Source of the DNA: Acidobacteriota bacterium
GTDB lineage: Bacteria; Acidobacteriota; UBA6911; RPQK01; JAJDTT01
Direction: 5' to 3'
NCBI GenBank assembly: GCA_965263035.1
Contig: OZ253580.1
Span: 3,072,001-3,136,000, forward strand
DNA length: 64,000 bases
Shown: positions 41,274-50,581 of the stretch, in pieces
How positions within the stretch are numbered: the first letter of the stretch is position 1
Layout: each line of letters begins with the position of its first letter
Notes under the pieces: model-generated
Database searches by the model: none
Told to the model about the DNA's origin: nothing
Seen by the model: the letters and a program-made list of their open reading frames with translations, nothing else
Program-made: the position numbers and the translations under genes

Positions 41274-42265
41274 GAGAATTCGCCGCACGAAGTGCCATCC
41301 TCGTCTGCTGCCTGCTGGTACTGCAGGGACAACCCCCCGTCCGGTTGGATTCCCAGGTGGATCTGACCCAGGTCACCGTGGGGGATCCGATTCGCTTCAC
41401 CCTGACGGTGACGGCGGTCCCCGGCGTGGAAGTGGATCTGCCGGAACCGAACCCGGATTTGGGCGAGTTCGAGGTCCTCGGCCGAGAGGTCGCGGGTCCG
41501 GTCGAGGAGGAAGGGAATCGGATCTGGACCGTGGCCTACACTCTGGCTCTCTACGAAACGGGCAGTTTCGAGATTCCGCCGGTCCCGGTGAGCTATCGTG
41601 GCGACGGGATCCAAGCCGGTTCGGTCCAGACCCGGGAGCATTCGGTTCGGGTCGAGAGCACTCTGTCGGACGATTCCAAGGACATTCTGGACATCAAGGG
41701 ACCCCTGGAGATTCCGCGAAGCCTCTGGTCCCTGTGGCCCTGGTTCGCCGCCGCTCTGGGTCTGGCGGCCCTGATCCTCCTGTATCTTCGCCGGAGGGGC
41801 GGGGAGGCTCCATCAGCGGTCTCCCGGAAACCCCGGCTCTCGCCTTATGACGAAGCGTATCAGGCGCTCTGCCGCCTCCGGGACTCGGGACTTCTGGAAG
41901 AGGGTCAGCTCAAGCCCTATTTCACCCGGCTCTCGGAGATCATCCGCCGCTACCTGGAACGGCGGTATCCGATTCAAGCCATGGAATCGACGACCACGCA
42001 GGTCCTGGACCAACTGCGGAAGCGGGCTCTCGCCCTGGATGAGCTGCAACTGTTCCGGGACTTCTTCCCTTGCTGCGACCTGGTCAAATTCGCCAAATAC
42101 GCCCCCCCGGTCCCGGAGCAGGAGCGGGTCACCCAGTTGGCTTTCCGGATTCTGGAGGTCACCCGCCCGGCGGAACCGGTTCTGTCGCCCACCCCGCAGT
42201 CCGCGCCGGAGACCGGTGATCGTCAGCCAGGGGATCGCCGCTACGGGCAAGACGATACACATTAG
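41270..42265 (+). CDS. Bat-operon membrane protein (BatD-like/DUF4381)
   Basis: VGDPI, DIKGP, a TM, IIRRYLE, ESTT, DLVKFAK. Confidence 0.8.
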   Translation: MREFAARSAILVCCLLVLQGQPPVRLDSQVDLTQVTVGDPIRFTLTVTAVPGVEVDLPEPNPDLGEFEVLGREVAGPVEEEGNRIWTVAYTLALYETGSFEIPPVPVSYRGDGIQAGSVQTREHSVRVESTLSDDSKDILDIKGPLEIPRSLWSLWPWFAAALGLAALILLYLRRRGGEAPSAVSRKPRLSPYDEAYQALCRLRDSGLLEEGQLKPYFTRLSEIIRRYLERRYPIQAMESTTTQVLDQLRKRALALDELQLFRDFFPCCDLVKFAKYAPPVPEQERVTQLAFRILEVTRPAEPVLSPTPQSAPETGDRQPGDRRYGQDDTH

Positions 42266-42276
42266 AGGAGGTCATC

Positions 42277-42597
42277 ATGGTTCTTGTTCCCCCGATTTTG
42301 CTTGGGGCTCTGATCGACGCTGTTGTCACGGCCGTTACGAAAGTCATTGACAAGCGAATGGGCAAAGACACAGGGTCCGGCATCGATGCGGCAGCTGTGG
42401 GCCAAGCATTCCATGAGGCCACGACGACCCTGCACGACGACTTGGCTCAGATCCGGGAGGCTATTGCGTCGCGTCCCACGAGCGAGGCCCTGGAATCGAC
42501 CATCCGCGATCTGGAATCTCGGATCTATCGAGCCCTGGCATTACAAGCCGCCGGCATCGTGGGGATAGTTGCGGCCCTCCTGTGGGTTCTCGGATGA
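42277..42597 (+). CDS. small coiled-coil protein with C-terminal TM (DUF1640-like tail)
   Basis: GGAGG RBS; ...DLESRIYRALALQAAGIVGIVAALL. Confidence 0.7.
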   Translation: MVLVPPILLGALIDAVVTAVTKVIDKRMGKDTGSGIDAAAVGQAFHEATTTLHDDLAQIREAIASRPTSEALESTIRDLESRIYRALALQAAGIVGIVAALLWVLG

Positions 42598-42766
42598 GGA
42601 TCGTGTACAGGATCACGGCCGCACGGATTCTCCCACCGAGTGGGAGTTCAAAGCTGACCGCCGGCGGGTCCGAAACCAGTAGAGTGGACCCCTGGGGCCA
42701 TAGAGAACCTCGATTTGGACAATTGGGGATCTACGACCTGATTTCGCTTTGCCCCGAGATTTGACC

Positions 42767-43759
42767 ATGTCGTACCGTTTCGCGGATCCGTGGTTTCTCA
42801 GCCTGCTGCTGATCCTTCCCCTGATCCTGGTCTGGACCCTGAGGCGGGCGGGCCGCCGGAACTCCAGTCTGCGGTTTCCGCATGTGGGATCTCTCAAGAA
42901 GGCCTACAAGCCCATGGCGGCCCGTTCCCGCCATTTTCTTTTTGCCCTTCGGTTGATCGCCCTGGGGCTTCTGGTTCTCGCGGCGGCCCGGCCCCAGAGT
43001 GGAGCCACCCGTGAGGAGGTGACGGCGGAAGGGATCGACATCGTTCTGGCCTTGGATCTGTCCACTTCCATGCTGGCGCAGGACATCGAGCCCGACCGGA
43101 TCGAGGCGGCGAAGCAGGTGGCCGCCGACTTCATCCGGCGCCGGACGAATGATCGCATCGGCCTGGTCGTCTTCGCCGGTCACGGGTTCGTCCAATGCCC
43201 CCTGACCCTGGACTACGGGATCATTCTGGATTTTCTGGACGAGTTGAAGGTAGGTCTGCTGGACGACGGAACCGCCCTGGGCATGGGCATCGCCACCGCT
43301 GTCGGCCGTCTCAAGGAGAGCGAAGCCGAATCCAAGGTGTTGATCCTGCTCACCGACGGCCGCAACAACGCGGGGGAGATCGACCCTGCCACCGCGGCCC
43401 AGATGGCCCAGGCCTTCGGAATCCGCATCTACTCCATCGGAGCCGGCACCCGGGGCGTGGCCCCCTACCCGGTGGACGACCCCGTCTTCGGCCGCCGCCA
43501 GACCCGGATCCGGGTCGACATCGACGAAGAGGCTCTCCGACAAGCCGCCGACACCACGGGCGGGCGATATTTTCGGGCCACGGATCGTGAGAGCCTGGAG
43601 GAGATCTACCGTGAGATCGACGAGTTGGAAAAGAGCGAGATCAAGGTGAACCAATACACTCAGTATGGAGAGCTGTTCCCCTATCCGCTGGCCCTGGCGG
43701 TCGTGATTCTGTTGGGTGAGCTGGGACTCTCCGGAACCTGGTTTCGGAAGATACCGTGA
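42767..43759 (+). CDS. batA: BatA-like VWA protein
   Basis: DLSTSM MIDAS, DRIGLVVF, PLTLDY, LLTDG, TGGRYFRA. Confidence 0.88.
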   Translation: MSYRFADPWFLSLLLILPLILVWTLRRAGRRNSSLRFPHVGSLKKAYKPMAARSRHFLFALRLIALGLLVLAAARPQSGATREEVTAEGIDIVLALDLSTSMLAQDIEPDRIEAAKQVAADFIRRRTNDRIGLVVFAGHGFVQCPLTLDYGIILDFLDELKVGLLDDGTALGMGIATAVGRLKESEAESKVLILLTDGRNNAGEIDPATAAQMAQAFGIRIYSIGAGTRGVAPYPVDDPVFGRRQTRIRVDIDEEALRQAADTTGGRYFRATDRESLEEIYREIDELEKSEIKVNQYTQYGELFPYPLALAVVILLGELGLSGTWFRKIP

Positions 43760-43786
43760 AACCAGACATACCAGAGGGAGGGGATC

Positions 43787-44818
43787 TTGTTTCGGTTCGG
43801 TGAACCGCAGTTGCTGTATCTGCTGGTTCTGTTGCCGCTGTTGCTGGCTTTTCTGTTCTGGGTGATCCGGAGCAAGCGGCGCGGGATCCAGGTCCTGGTG
43901 GGCTCCCACATGGCGGCCCGGCTCACCGGGAACTCCAGCAGCCGGCGCCAGTGGTCCAAGGGACTCCTGGTAGTGGCCGCCGTCGGCCTGCTTTTCGGCG
44001 GTCTGGCCCGGCCCCAGTTCGGGACCCGCATGGAGACGGTGGAAAGAGAGGGACAGGATCTGGTGGTGGTCCTGGATCTGTCGGCGTCCATGCTGGCCGG
44101 GGACATCCAGCCGAACCGCCTGGAAAAGGCCAGGCACGCCATCGGAACGCTCATCGGCCTGCTGGAGGGGGACCGCATCGGGATCGTGGGATTCGCCGGC
44201 GAGGCGTTCGTCCAATGTCCGCTGACCCTCGACTACGGAGCGGCCAGGACGTTGCTGGCCTCCATGGGGCCGGAGTCGATACCGGTGCCGGGAACGGCGT
44301 TGGGCGAAGCCCTGCGCAAGGGGTTGGAGCTCTTCTCGGCCGAGGAGAAGAAGCACAAGGTGATGGTTCTGATCACCGACGGCGAAGACCACCTGGGACG
44401 GCCCCTGGAGGTGGCCCGAGAGGCGGCCGGCCAGGGAGTGGTCATCCACGCCGTGGGAATCGGGTCGATGCAGGGAACCCCCATACCGGTCTTCGATTCC
44501 GAAGGCCGCGCCCAAGGCTTCAAGAAGAACAGGTCAGGTGAAGTGGTGATGACGCGGCTGGACGAGAGCACGCTTCGCCAACTGGCCGAGGAGACGGGAG
44601 GCACCTATCACCGGGCCTCCCCCGGCGAGTCGGAATTGGAGGGGATCTACACAGAAGTGGCCGCCATGGACAAGAAACAGCTTGCCTCCATCCAGGTGGC
44701 CCAATATGAGGAGCGGTTTCAGATCCCCGTCCTGTTGGGTCTGGTGCTGCTGCTGGCCGACGTCCTGTTGGCCGAGCGGCGGCGAGTCGACAGAGTCTGG
44801 AGAGGGCGTTTCCGGTGA
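43787..44818 (+). CDS. batB: BatB-like VWA protein
   Basis: DLSASM, PNRLEKA, ITDGEDH, YEERFQ. Confidence 0.88.
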   Translation: MFRFGEPQLLYLLVLLPLLLAFLFWVIRSKRRGIQVLVGSHMAARLTGNSSSRRQWSKGLLVVAAVGLLFGGLARPQFGTRMETVEREGQDLVVVLDLSASMLAGDIQPNRLEKARHAIGTLIGLLEGDRIGIVGFAGEAFVQCPLTLDYGAARTLLASMGPESIPVPGTALGEALRKGLELFSAEEKKHKVMVLITDGEDHLGRPLEVAREAAGQGVVIHAVGIGSMQGTPIPVFDSEGRAQGFKKNRSGEVVMTRLDESTLRQLAEETGGTYHRASPGESELEGIYTEVAAMDKKQLASIQVAQYEERFQIPVLLGLVLLLADVLLAERRRVDRVWRGRFR

Positions 44819-45678
44819 TCGGATTTCGGCGTCTGTTCGCGGGACTGTTGCTGGCGGGACTGCTGTCCGGCTCCCAGCCTCTCTGGAGCCAGGCCGGCAG
44901 GGAGAAAGTTCTGGAGGGGAACCGGAATTTCTCGAAAGAAGACTACGACAAGGCTCTGGAACTGTACCGGGAGGCTCTGCAGGAGAGCCCGGATTCCCCG
45001 GCCATCCGTTTCAATCTGGGGGATGCATTCTTCAAGCAAGAAGAGATGGAGGATGCCGCCGATTCCTTCTCCCAGGCTCTGCAGTCGGAGGATCCCGAGA
45101 TCAAGTCCCGGGCCCAGTATAATCTGGGCAACTCGCTCTTTCGCCAGGGCAAGCTCCAGGAGAGCCTGAGCGCCTACCGGGAAGCTCTGAAGCTGGCTCC
45201 CGGGGACCGGGACGCCAAGCACAATCTGGAATTCGTACTCAAGCAGTTGCAGGAGCAGCAACAGCAGCAGAAGAATCAGAACCAGCAGGGCGAAGGGGAG
45301 CAGGAAAAGGACAAGGACAAGGATAAGAACCAGGACGAGAGCCGGTCCGACGGCGAGGATCAGTCAGAGCAAGGCCGGCAGGACCAGCAGGAAGAGGGGC
45401 AGCAGTCCCGGGATCAGAATGACCGGAAGGATTCCGAAGCTCCTGAACAGCGCCCGGGGGACCCGCAGGAAAACAGGGACGAGAAGTCTCGCGCGGCCGG
45501 CGACCAGCAACAGGAACCTCCCCAGGAGGGTCAGGCTCAGGCCCCTCCCGACGGCTCTCGGCCCATGTCTCGTGAAGAGGCCGAGCGCCTGCTGGAGGCC
45601 CTGGCTCAGGCCCAGGCGGGAATCAAAAAGAAACTCGAATTGCGCCCGGGAACCGTGAAGGTAGAGAAGGACTGGTGA
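44815..45678 (+). CDS. batC: BatC-like TPR protein
   Basis: YNLGN TPRs, Q/E-rich linker, EAERLL, C-terminal KDW. Confidence 0.85.
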   Translation: MIGFRRLFAGLLLAGLLSGSQPLWSQAGREKVLEGNRNFSKEDYDKALELYREALQESPDSPAIRFNLGDAFFKQEEMEDAADSFSQALQSEDPEIKSRAQYNLGNSLFRQGKLQESLSAYREALKLAPGDRDAKHNLEFVLKQLQEQQQQQKNQNQQGEGEQEKDKDKDKNQDESRSDGEDQSEQGRQDQQEEGQQSRDQNDRKDSEAPEQRPGDPQENRDEKSRAAGDQQQEPPQEGQAQAPPDGSRPMSREEAERLLEALAQAQAGIKKKLELRPGTVKVEKDW

Positions 45679-47507
45679 AAAGGATCTGCGGAGTCGTTCT
45701 GACTGCGGTTCTGCTCTGTGGATGGGCGGGTGGACAGGACCCGGCGGTGCGGGCGTATCTGGACCGTACGTCCGTCTTCGTGGGAGAGCGGTTCACACTC
45801 TCGGTGGAGGTTTCGGGCCAGGGCGCCTCCGGAGCCGGAGAGCCGCGTTTGCCTCCCATGGAGGAGTTCACCGCGTTCCTGGGACGTCGGAGTTCCCAGC
45901 AGTATCGATTGGTGAACGGACGCATGTCCTCGTCCAGGACCTTCAGCTATCAGTTCCAGGCGACCCGGGAAGGGGAGTTCGAGCTCGGCGCGGTCCAGGT
46001 GCAACTGGACGGCAGGGTCCACAAGACGGCCCCCCTCCGGATCCGGATCGGCGGCACCGGTCGACCGGCTCCCGCTCCTCTTGGCGACCGCCGGCCGGCC
46101 GGCACGGCTGCCCAATCCGATCTCTTCGTGCGCGCAACGGCCGACCCGGAGCGCAGCTACCGGAATCAGGCCCTGGTGGTGACTTACAAGATCTATACGC
46201 GCGTCAGCGTCTCCTCGTACGGGATCTCCAAGCAGCCGGAGACGGCTGGTTTCTGGGTGGAAGACTATCCGCAGACCCGGCAGCCCCAAACCGATGCCGA
46301 AGTGATCGGCGGCCGGCGGTATACGGTGGCGCTGATCAAGAAGATGGCGCTTTTCCCCACCAGCGCCGGGGAGAAGGAGGTCGGCCCCCTGGTCCTGGAA
46401 TGCCGGGTCCGGACCCGAGGCGGCTCCCGGGACCCCTTCCGAGGCTTTTTCTCCGGCGACCTCTTCGGGCGTGAAGTGACCCGCCAAGTTGCTTCCAATT
46501 CGCTTCGGGTGCAAGTCCTGCCCTTGCCCCAGGAGGGCAGGCCCCCGGAATTCCAGGGCGCCGTGGGAAGTTTCTCCATTGCCGGTCAATTGGACAAGTC
46601 TCAGGTCAAGGCCAACGAGGCCCTGACCTACAAGGTTCGGATTTCCGGCAGCGGCAATCTGGCCGGACTGAGCGAACCCCGGATTTCCTTCCCTTCCAGC
46701 TTCGAAGTCTACCCGCCCAAGGTGGAGCAGCAGATCCGACGGGATCCGAGCGGGATCTCGGGAGAGAAGACCTACGAATACGTGCTCATTCCACGCCGTC
46801 CCGGTCCGGTGCGGCTGGGGCCGGTGAAGCTGGCGTACTTCGACCCGGTCGAGGGCGCCTACCGGATCAGCCGCGCTCCTGAGTTGTCGGTCCAGGTGGC
46901 GCCGGGCGATCACCTGGCGGAAGCGGCGGAAGGAGGGCTCTCCCGCCAGGAGGTGAAGCTGCTGGGGCAGGATATCCGGTTCATCAAGATCGGATCCGGT
47001 TCATTCCGCAAGACCGGGGAGTCCTTGCTGACGGCCGAGGGGTTCTGGATTCCCTTCTCCCTGCCGCTTCTGTGCCTTCTGGGCGCCGTCGGTTACCGGC
47101 GGCATCTGACGCGCCTCAAGGGAGACGTGGCCTACGCGCGCGCAAGACGGGCTCGCCGGATCTCCCGAAAAAGACTTGCCCGGGCCCAGGCTCATCTGGA
47201 CCAGGGCGCGGAGAAAGAGTTCTATCAGGCCGTGGGACAGGCGCTCATGGGCTATCTGGCCGACAAGCTCAACGCGGCCCAAGCCGGAATGGTCAGTCAG
47301 GAGGTCAAGGAGTCGTTGCGGGTCAGGGGCATCCCGGAGGAATCCCTGACGCGCTATTTCGACTGTCTCCAGATCTGTGATCTGAAGCAGTTCGCGCCCT
47401 CTTCCTCCGGCCGGGAGGAAATGCGGAACCTGATGGCCAGCGCCCGGGAGGCGCTCACACGGATGCAGCAGGAGCTGGCGTCCCGGCCGGAAGGGGGGCC
47501 CTCCTGA
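45675..47507 (+). CDS. batD: BatD family protein
   Basis: FQGAVGSF, GSGNL, YFDP, DIRFIK, a TM. Confidence 0.88.
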   Translation: MKRICGVVLTAVLLCGWAGGQDPAVRAYLDRTSVFVGERFTLSVEVSGQGASGAGEPRLPPMEEFTAFLGRRSSQQYRLVNGRMSSSRTFSYQFQATREGEFELGAVQVQLDGRVHKTAPLRIRIGGTGRPAPAPLGDRRPAGTAAQSDLFVRATADPERSYRNQALVVTYKIYTRVSVSSYGISKQPETAGFWVEDYPQTRQPQTDAEVIGGRRYTVALIKKMALFPTSAGEKEVGPLVLECRVRTRGGSRDPFRGFFSGDLFGREVTRQVASNSLRVQVLPLPQEGRPPEFQGAVGSFSIAGQLDKSQVKANEALTYKVRISGSGNLAGLSEPRISFPSSFEVYPPKVEQQIRRDPSGISGEKTYEYVLIPRRPGPVRLGPVKLAYFDPVEGAYRISRAPELSVQVAPGDHLAEAAEGGLSRQEVKLLGQDIRFIKIGSGSFRKTGESLLTAEGFWIPFSLPLLCLLGAVGYRRHLTRLKGDVAYARARRARRISRKRLARAQAHLDQGAEKEFYQAVGQALMGYLADKLNAAQAGMVSQEVKESLRVRGIPEESLTRYFDCLQICDLKQFAPSSSGREEMRNLMASAREALTRMQQELASRPEGGPS

Positions 47508-48268
47508 TGAATCCGCGGGCGGTCGCTCTGCTTTTCCTGACTCTGGTTGCCGTTCCGGTGTGGGGAGACTCCAGGGAGGGGCTCTTCCTCCAGGGGAATC
47601 GCCTCTACGAGGCCGGCGACTACCGGAAGGCGTTGGAGAGCTACGCCGGCATCGCCGCCATGGGATACGAGTCGGGCCCACTCTATTTCAACATGGGGAA
47701 TTGCTACTACAAATTGGGCGAGGTGGGGCAGGCGATTCTTCACTACGAACGAGCGGCTCGACTGATCCCCGGAGATGAGGATCTGGAGATCAACCTGTCG
47801 CTGGCTCGGCTCAAGGTAGTCGATCAGATTCCGGAGCTGCCCCGGTTCCGGCTCTTGGTCCTCTTGGAGCGGCTCGTGTTCTATTTTCCTCGCAACGCTC
47901 TATGGATCCTGATGTGGAGTTCCTATGCTGTCCTGACGTCGGCCTGGATTCTCAAGCTTCTGTGGCATCGGGCACGCAGGTTTTCCGGTAAGATCATCTG
48001 GGCCGGAGCTCTCTTGGTGATCCTTTCTTCCTTATGTTTGGCCGGTCAGATTCGCCGGGAAAGAGAGTCCTCCGAGGCCATCATTCTGGCCCAGGAGGCC
48101 AGGGCCGTGAGTGCCCCGGGAGAAGAGGGCATCCAGGTCTTCACGCTTCACGAGGGGACCAAGGTACGGATTCAGGAAGTTTCGGGATCGTGGGTCGAGG
48201 CCCTGCTCGCCGACGGTAACGTGGGGTGGCTCAAGGCCGACTCCCTGGCCAGGATCGCTCAGCCATGA
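47507..48268 (+). CDS. batE: BatE-like TPR/SH3 protein
   Basis: YFNMGNCYYK, AILHYERA, FTLHEGTKV, GW. Confidence 0.88.
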   Translation: MNPRAVALLFLTLVAVPVWGDSREGLFLQGNRLYEAGDYRKALESYAGIAAMGYESGPLYFNMGNCYYKLGEVGQAILHYERAARLIPGDEDLEINLSLARLKVVDQIPELPRFRLLVLLERLVFYFPRNALWILMWSSYAVLTSAWILKLLWHRARRFSGKIIWAGALLVILSSLCLAGQIRRERESSEAIILAQEARAVSAPGEEGIQVFTLHEGTKVRIQEVSGSWVEALLADGNVGWLKADSLARIAQP

Positions 48269-49038
48269 GATCGAGAATCAGAAAACCGGCGGTTTTGACG
48301 CTGGCCGCGGCGCTACTGATAGTGGGACCCGCGTCTGGTGCGATCCGGCAGCAGGAGAAGCCGACCCATCTCATCGAGGCTGCCGAACGGGGAGACGTGG
48401 CCGCGGTGAAATACCTGCTGGACCTCGGTGTGGACGTCAACGGGAGGGACGAGCAGGGAACCACGGCTCTGACAGCCGCCGCTTGGGTGGGTCAGACCGA
48501 AGTGGTCAAGATCCTGTTGGAGCGAGGCGCCGAGATCGATCCCCGGGATGAGCTGGCCGGAATGACACCCCTCATCTGGGCCTGCTGGAAGGGATATGGC
48601 GACACCGTAGAGGTTCTTCTGGAAGCCGGAGCCGGCGTGAACCTCAAGGACAAGAACGACCGGGCCGGGCTCATGGGGGCCGCCTGGGAGGGGCGCACAC
48701 TGATCGTCGGGAAGTTGCTGACCGCCGGAGCCCAGTTGGAATCACGCGATTACACCGGGGCCACCGCCCTGATGTGGGCCGCTTGGAACGGCCGCCTGGA
48801 AACCACGCAAGCCCTGCTGGCGGCCGGGGCCGCCGCCGACGCCCGCGAGAACGAAGGAAAGACGGCACTCATCGGCGCGGCGACGGAGGGCTATCTCCCG
48901 GTCGTTCGAGTGCTGGTGAACGCGGGAGCTCGCCTGGATATCAAGGACCAGAAGGGCCTCACTGCCCTTTCGGCCGCCGCCTCCAACCGTCACACCGAGG
49001 TCGTCCGCTATCTGCAAGAGGCCGGCGCCACCAGGTAG
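48265..49038 (+). CDS. secreted ankyrin repeat protein (~6-7 repeats)
   Basis: Signal peptide and ankyrin repeats; ATGA overlap with batE. Confidence 0.9.
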   Translation: MRSRIRKPAVLTLAAALLIVGPASGAIRQQEKPTHLIEAAERGDVAAVKYLLDLGVDVNGRDEQGTTALTAAAWVGQTEVVKILLERGAEIDPRDELAGMTPLIWACWKGYGDTVEVLLEAGAGVNLKDKNDRAGLMGAAWEGRTLIVGKLLTAGAQLESRDYTGATALMWAAWNGRLETTQALLAAGAAADARENEGKTALIGAATEGYLPVVRVLVNAGARLDIKDQKGLTALSAAASNRHTEVVRYLQEAGATR

Positions 49039-49044
49039 GGGCTC

Positions 49045-49110
49045 CTGGGAGGGGGGACATCCTTGTCCCCCCCACACCCCGGAATCGGGGGTTACAAACC
49101 CCCGCTCCCA
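49045..49110. repeat. REP doublet, family 1, copy B
   Basis: CTGGGAGGGGGGACATCCTTGTCCCCCC...CGGAATCGGGGGTTACAAACCCCCGCTCC between convergent genes. Confidence 0.8.
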
Positions 49111-49120
49111 TACCGCCCCG

Positions 49121-50545
49121 TTATTCCCAACCCGGTTCAAATCCCCGGTCTCCGGGGATGACGTTCAACTGCCTCCGCAAGTCGAGACAGGCCTCCTCCC
49201 AGCGGTCGAGGTCATCCCTGAGCTGATCGGCGGCAGCCGGGACCGACCCCCGCTGCAGGAGGTTGTCCAGTTCGCGGGGATCCTGCGTGAGATCGTAGGC
49301 TTCGTCACCGTACTGGGGATCCCGGATGTAGGAGAGCTCCCGGCTCCGTCCGGCGCGAACCAGGGCGTTTCGCCGCCCCGATTTGAAGGTTCCGGTGGGA
49401 AAGGTGGACTTGAGATGTCCCTGGTAGTCGCCGACCTGGGCGAAGACGACACGGCGTAGCGGCCGCTCCGCTCCCCGGCCCACCCAGGCCATCAGATCCC
49501 GTCCCTGAGCGTATTCGGGAACCGGAATTCCGGCCAGTGAGAGGAAGGTGGGAAAAAGATCCACCAGATCCACGAGGCCGGGGATCCGGATTCCCCTCCG
49601 AGCCGTGAGATTCGTGGGCGGGCGGATCACCAGCGGGACGTGGGTCAGGCATTCGTACGGCACCTCGCACTTCTCGAAGAGTCCTTTCTCTCCCATGAAA
49701 TCGCCGTGGTCGGAGGCGAAGACCACCCAGGTGTTCTCCAGCAGTTCCCTTTCGGCCAGGGCCTGGAAGACCCGATTCATCTGGTCGTCCACATAGCGGA
49801 TCATTCCGTTGTAGACGGCCACCACCTTTTTGAGATCGTGTTCGGTAGCCTCCCCGGTCCGGACTTCCTTGAGGGCCTGGTCTTGCCAGGCGGGCCTCGC
49901 CCCGTCGTGGTCCATCACCGGGAGAACGACGTGGTCGGGGTCCACCATGGAATCGTAGGGGGGAGGCACGAAATAGGAGGGATGAGGGTCGTTGAAGGAG
50001 AAGTGGAGGAAGAAAGGCATCCGGGATCGCCGTGCCGTGTCGATCATGCGGATCGACCGATCCGCCAGCAGCGCCGAATGCCCCTCCTCGGGAGGGCATT
50101 CGATGGCTCCGCAGGACCAGCCCACGTCTCTGCGGCCATGAGAGTACTTGGTCTCCAGGGCGCGGGCCAGCGGACCGGGCTCGCGCAGGTCCACCTGCTC
50201 GTACCAGCCGCGGCTCAGATTACGGCCTTGCTCGAAATGACCCGAGACCGCGGTGTAGTAACCGTGCGAGGCGAAGAGCTCGGACATCTGCGGCAGGTTC
50301 AGAGGAGCCTTGTTCTGCCAACAGGTGACCTGGTGGACCAGGGGATGAACTCCGGTGAAGACGGAAGCCCGGCTGGGGGTGCAGATGGTGCTGGCGGCAT
50401 AGGTCTCGGGGAAAGTGATTCCCTCTGCCGCCAGACCCTCCATGAAGGGACAGGAGATCAGCCGGTTTCCCAGCATGGGCGCCGCCGAGGCCTTGAGTTG
50501 GTCGGCAGTGATGTAGATGAGGTTGGGCTTATCCACCGTTTTCAA
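49121..50545 (-). CDS. sulfatase (Cys-type)
   Basis: PNLIYITADQ, CTPSR, DPHP, SDHGD, YDL..DP.E..NL. Confidence 0.93.
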   Translation of the reverse strand: MKTVDKPNLIYITADQLKASAAPMLGNRLISCPFMEGLAAEGITFPETYAASTICTPSRASVFTGVHPLVHQVTCWQNKAPLNLPQMSELFASHGYYTAVSGHFEQGRNLSRGWYEQVDLREPGPLARALETKYSHGRRDVGWSCGAIECPPEEGHSALLADRSIRMIDTARRSRMPFFLHFSFNDPHPSYFVPPPYDSMVDPDHVVLPVMDHDGARPAWQDQALKEVRTGEATEHDLKKVVAVYNGMIRYVDDQMNRVFQALAERELLENTWVVFASDHGDFMGEKGLFEKCEVPYECLTHVPLVIRPPTNLTARRGIRIPGLVDLVDLFPTFLSLAGIPVPEYAQGRDLMAWVGRGAERPLRRVVFAQVGDYQGHLKSTFPTGTFKSGRRNALVRAGRSRELSYIRDPQYGDEAYDLTQDPRELDNLLQRGSVPAAADQLRDDLDRWEEACLDLRRQLNVIPGDRGFEPGWE

Positions 50546-50581
50546 ATCAAGAAGACCCTACCGATGCCGTAGGAGTCCATC

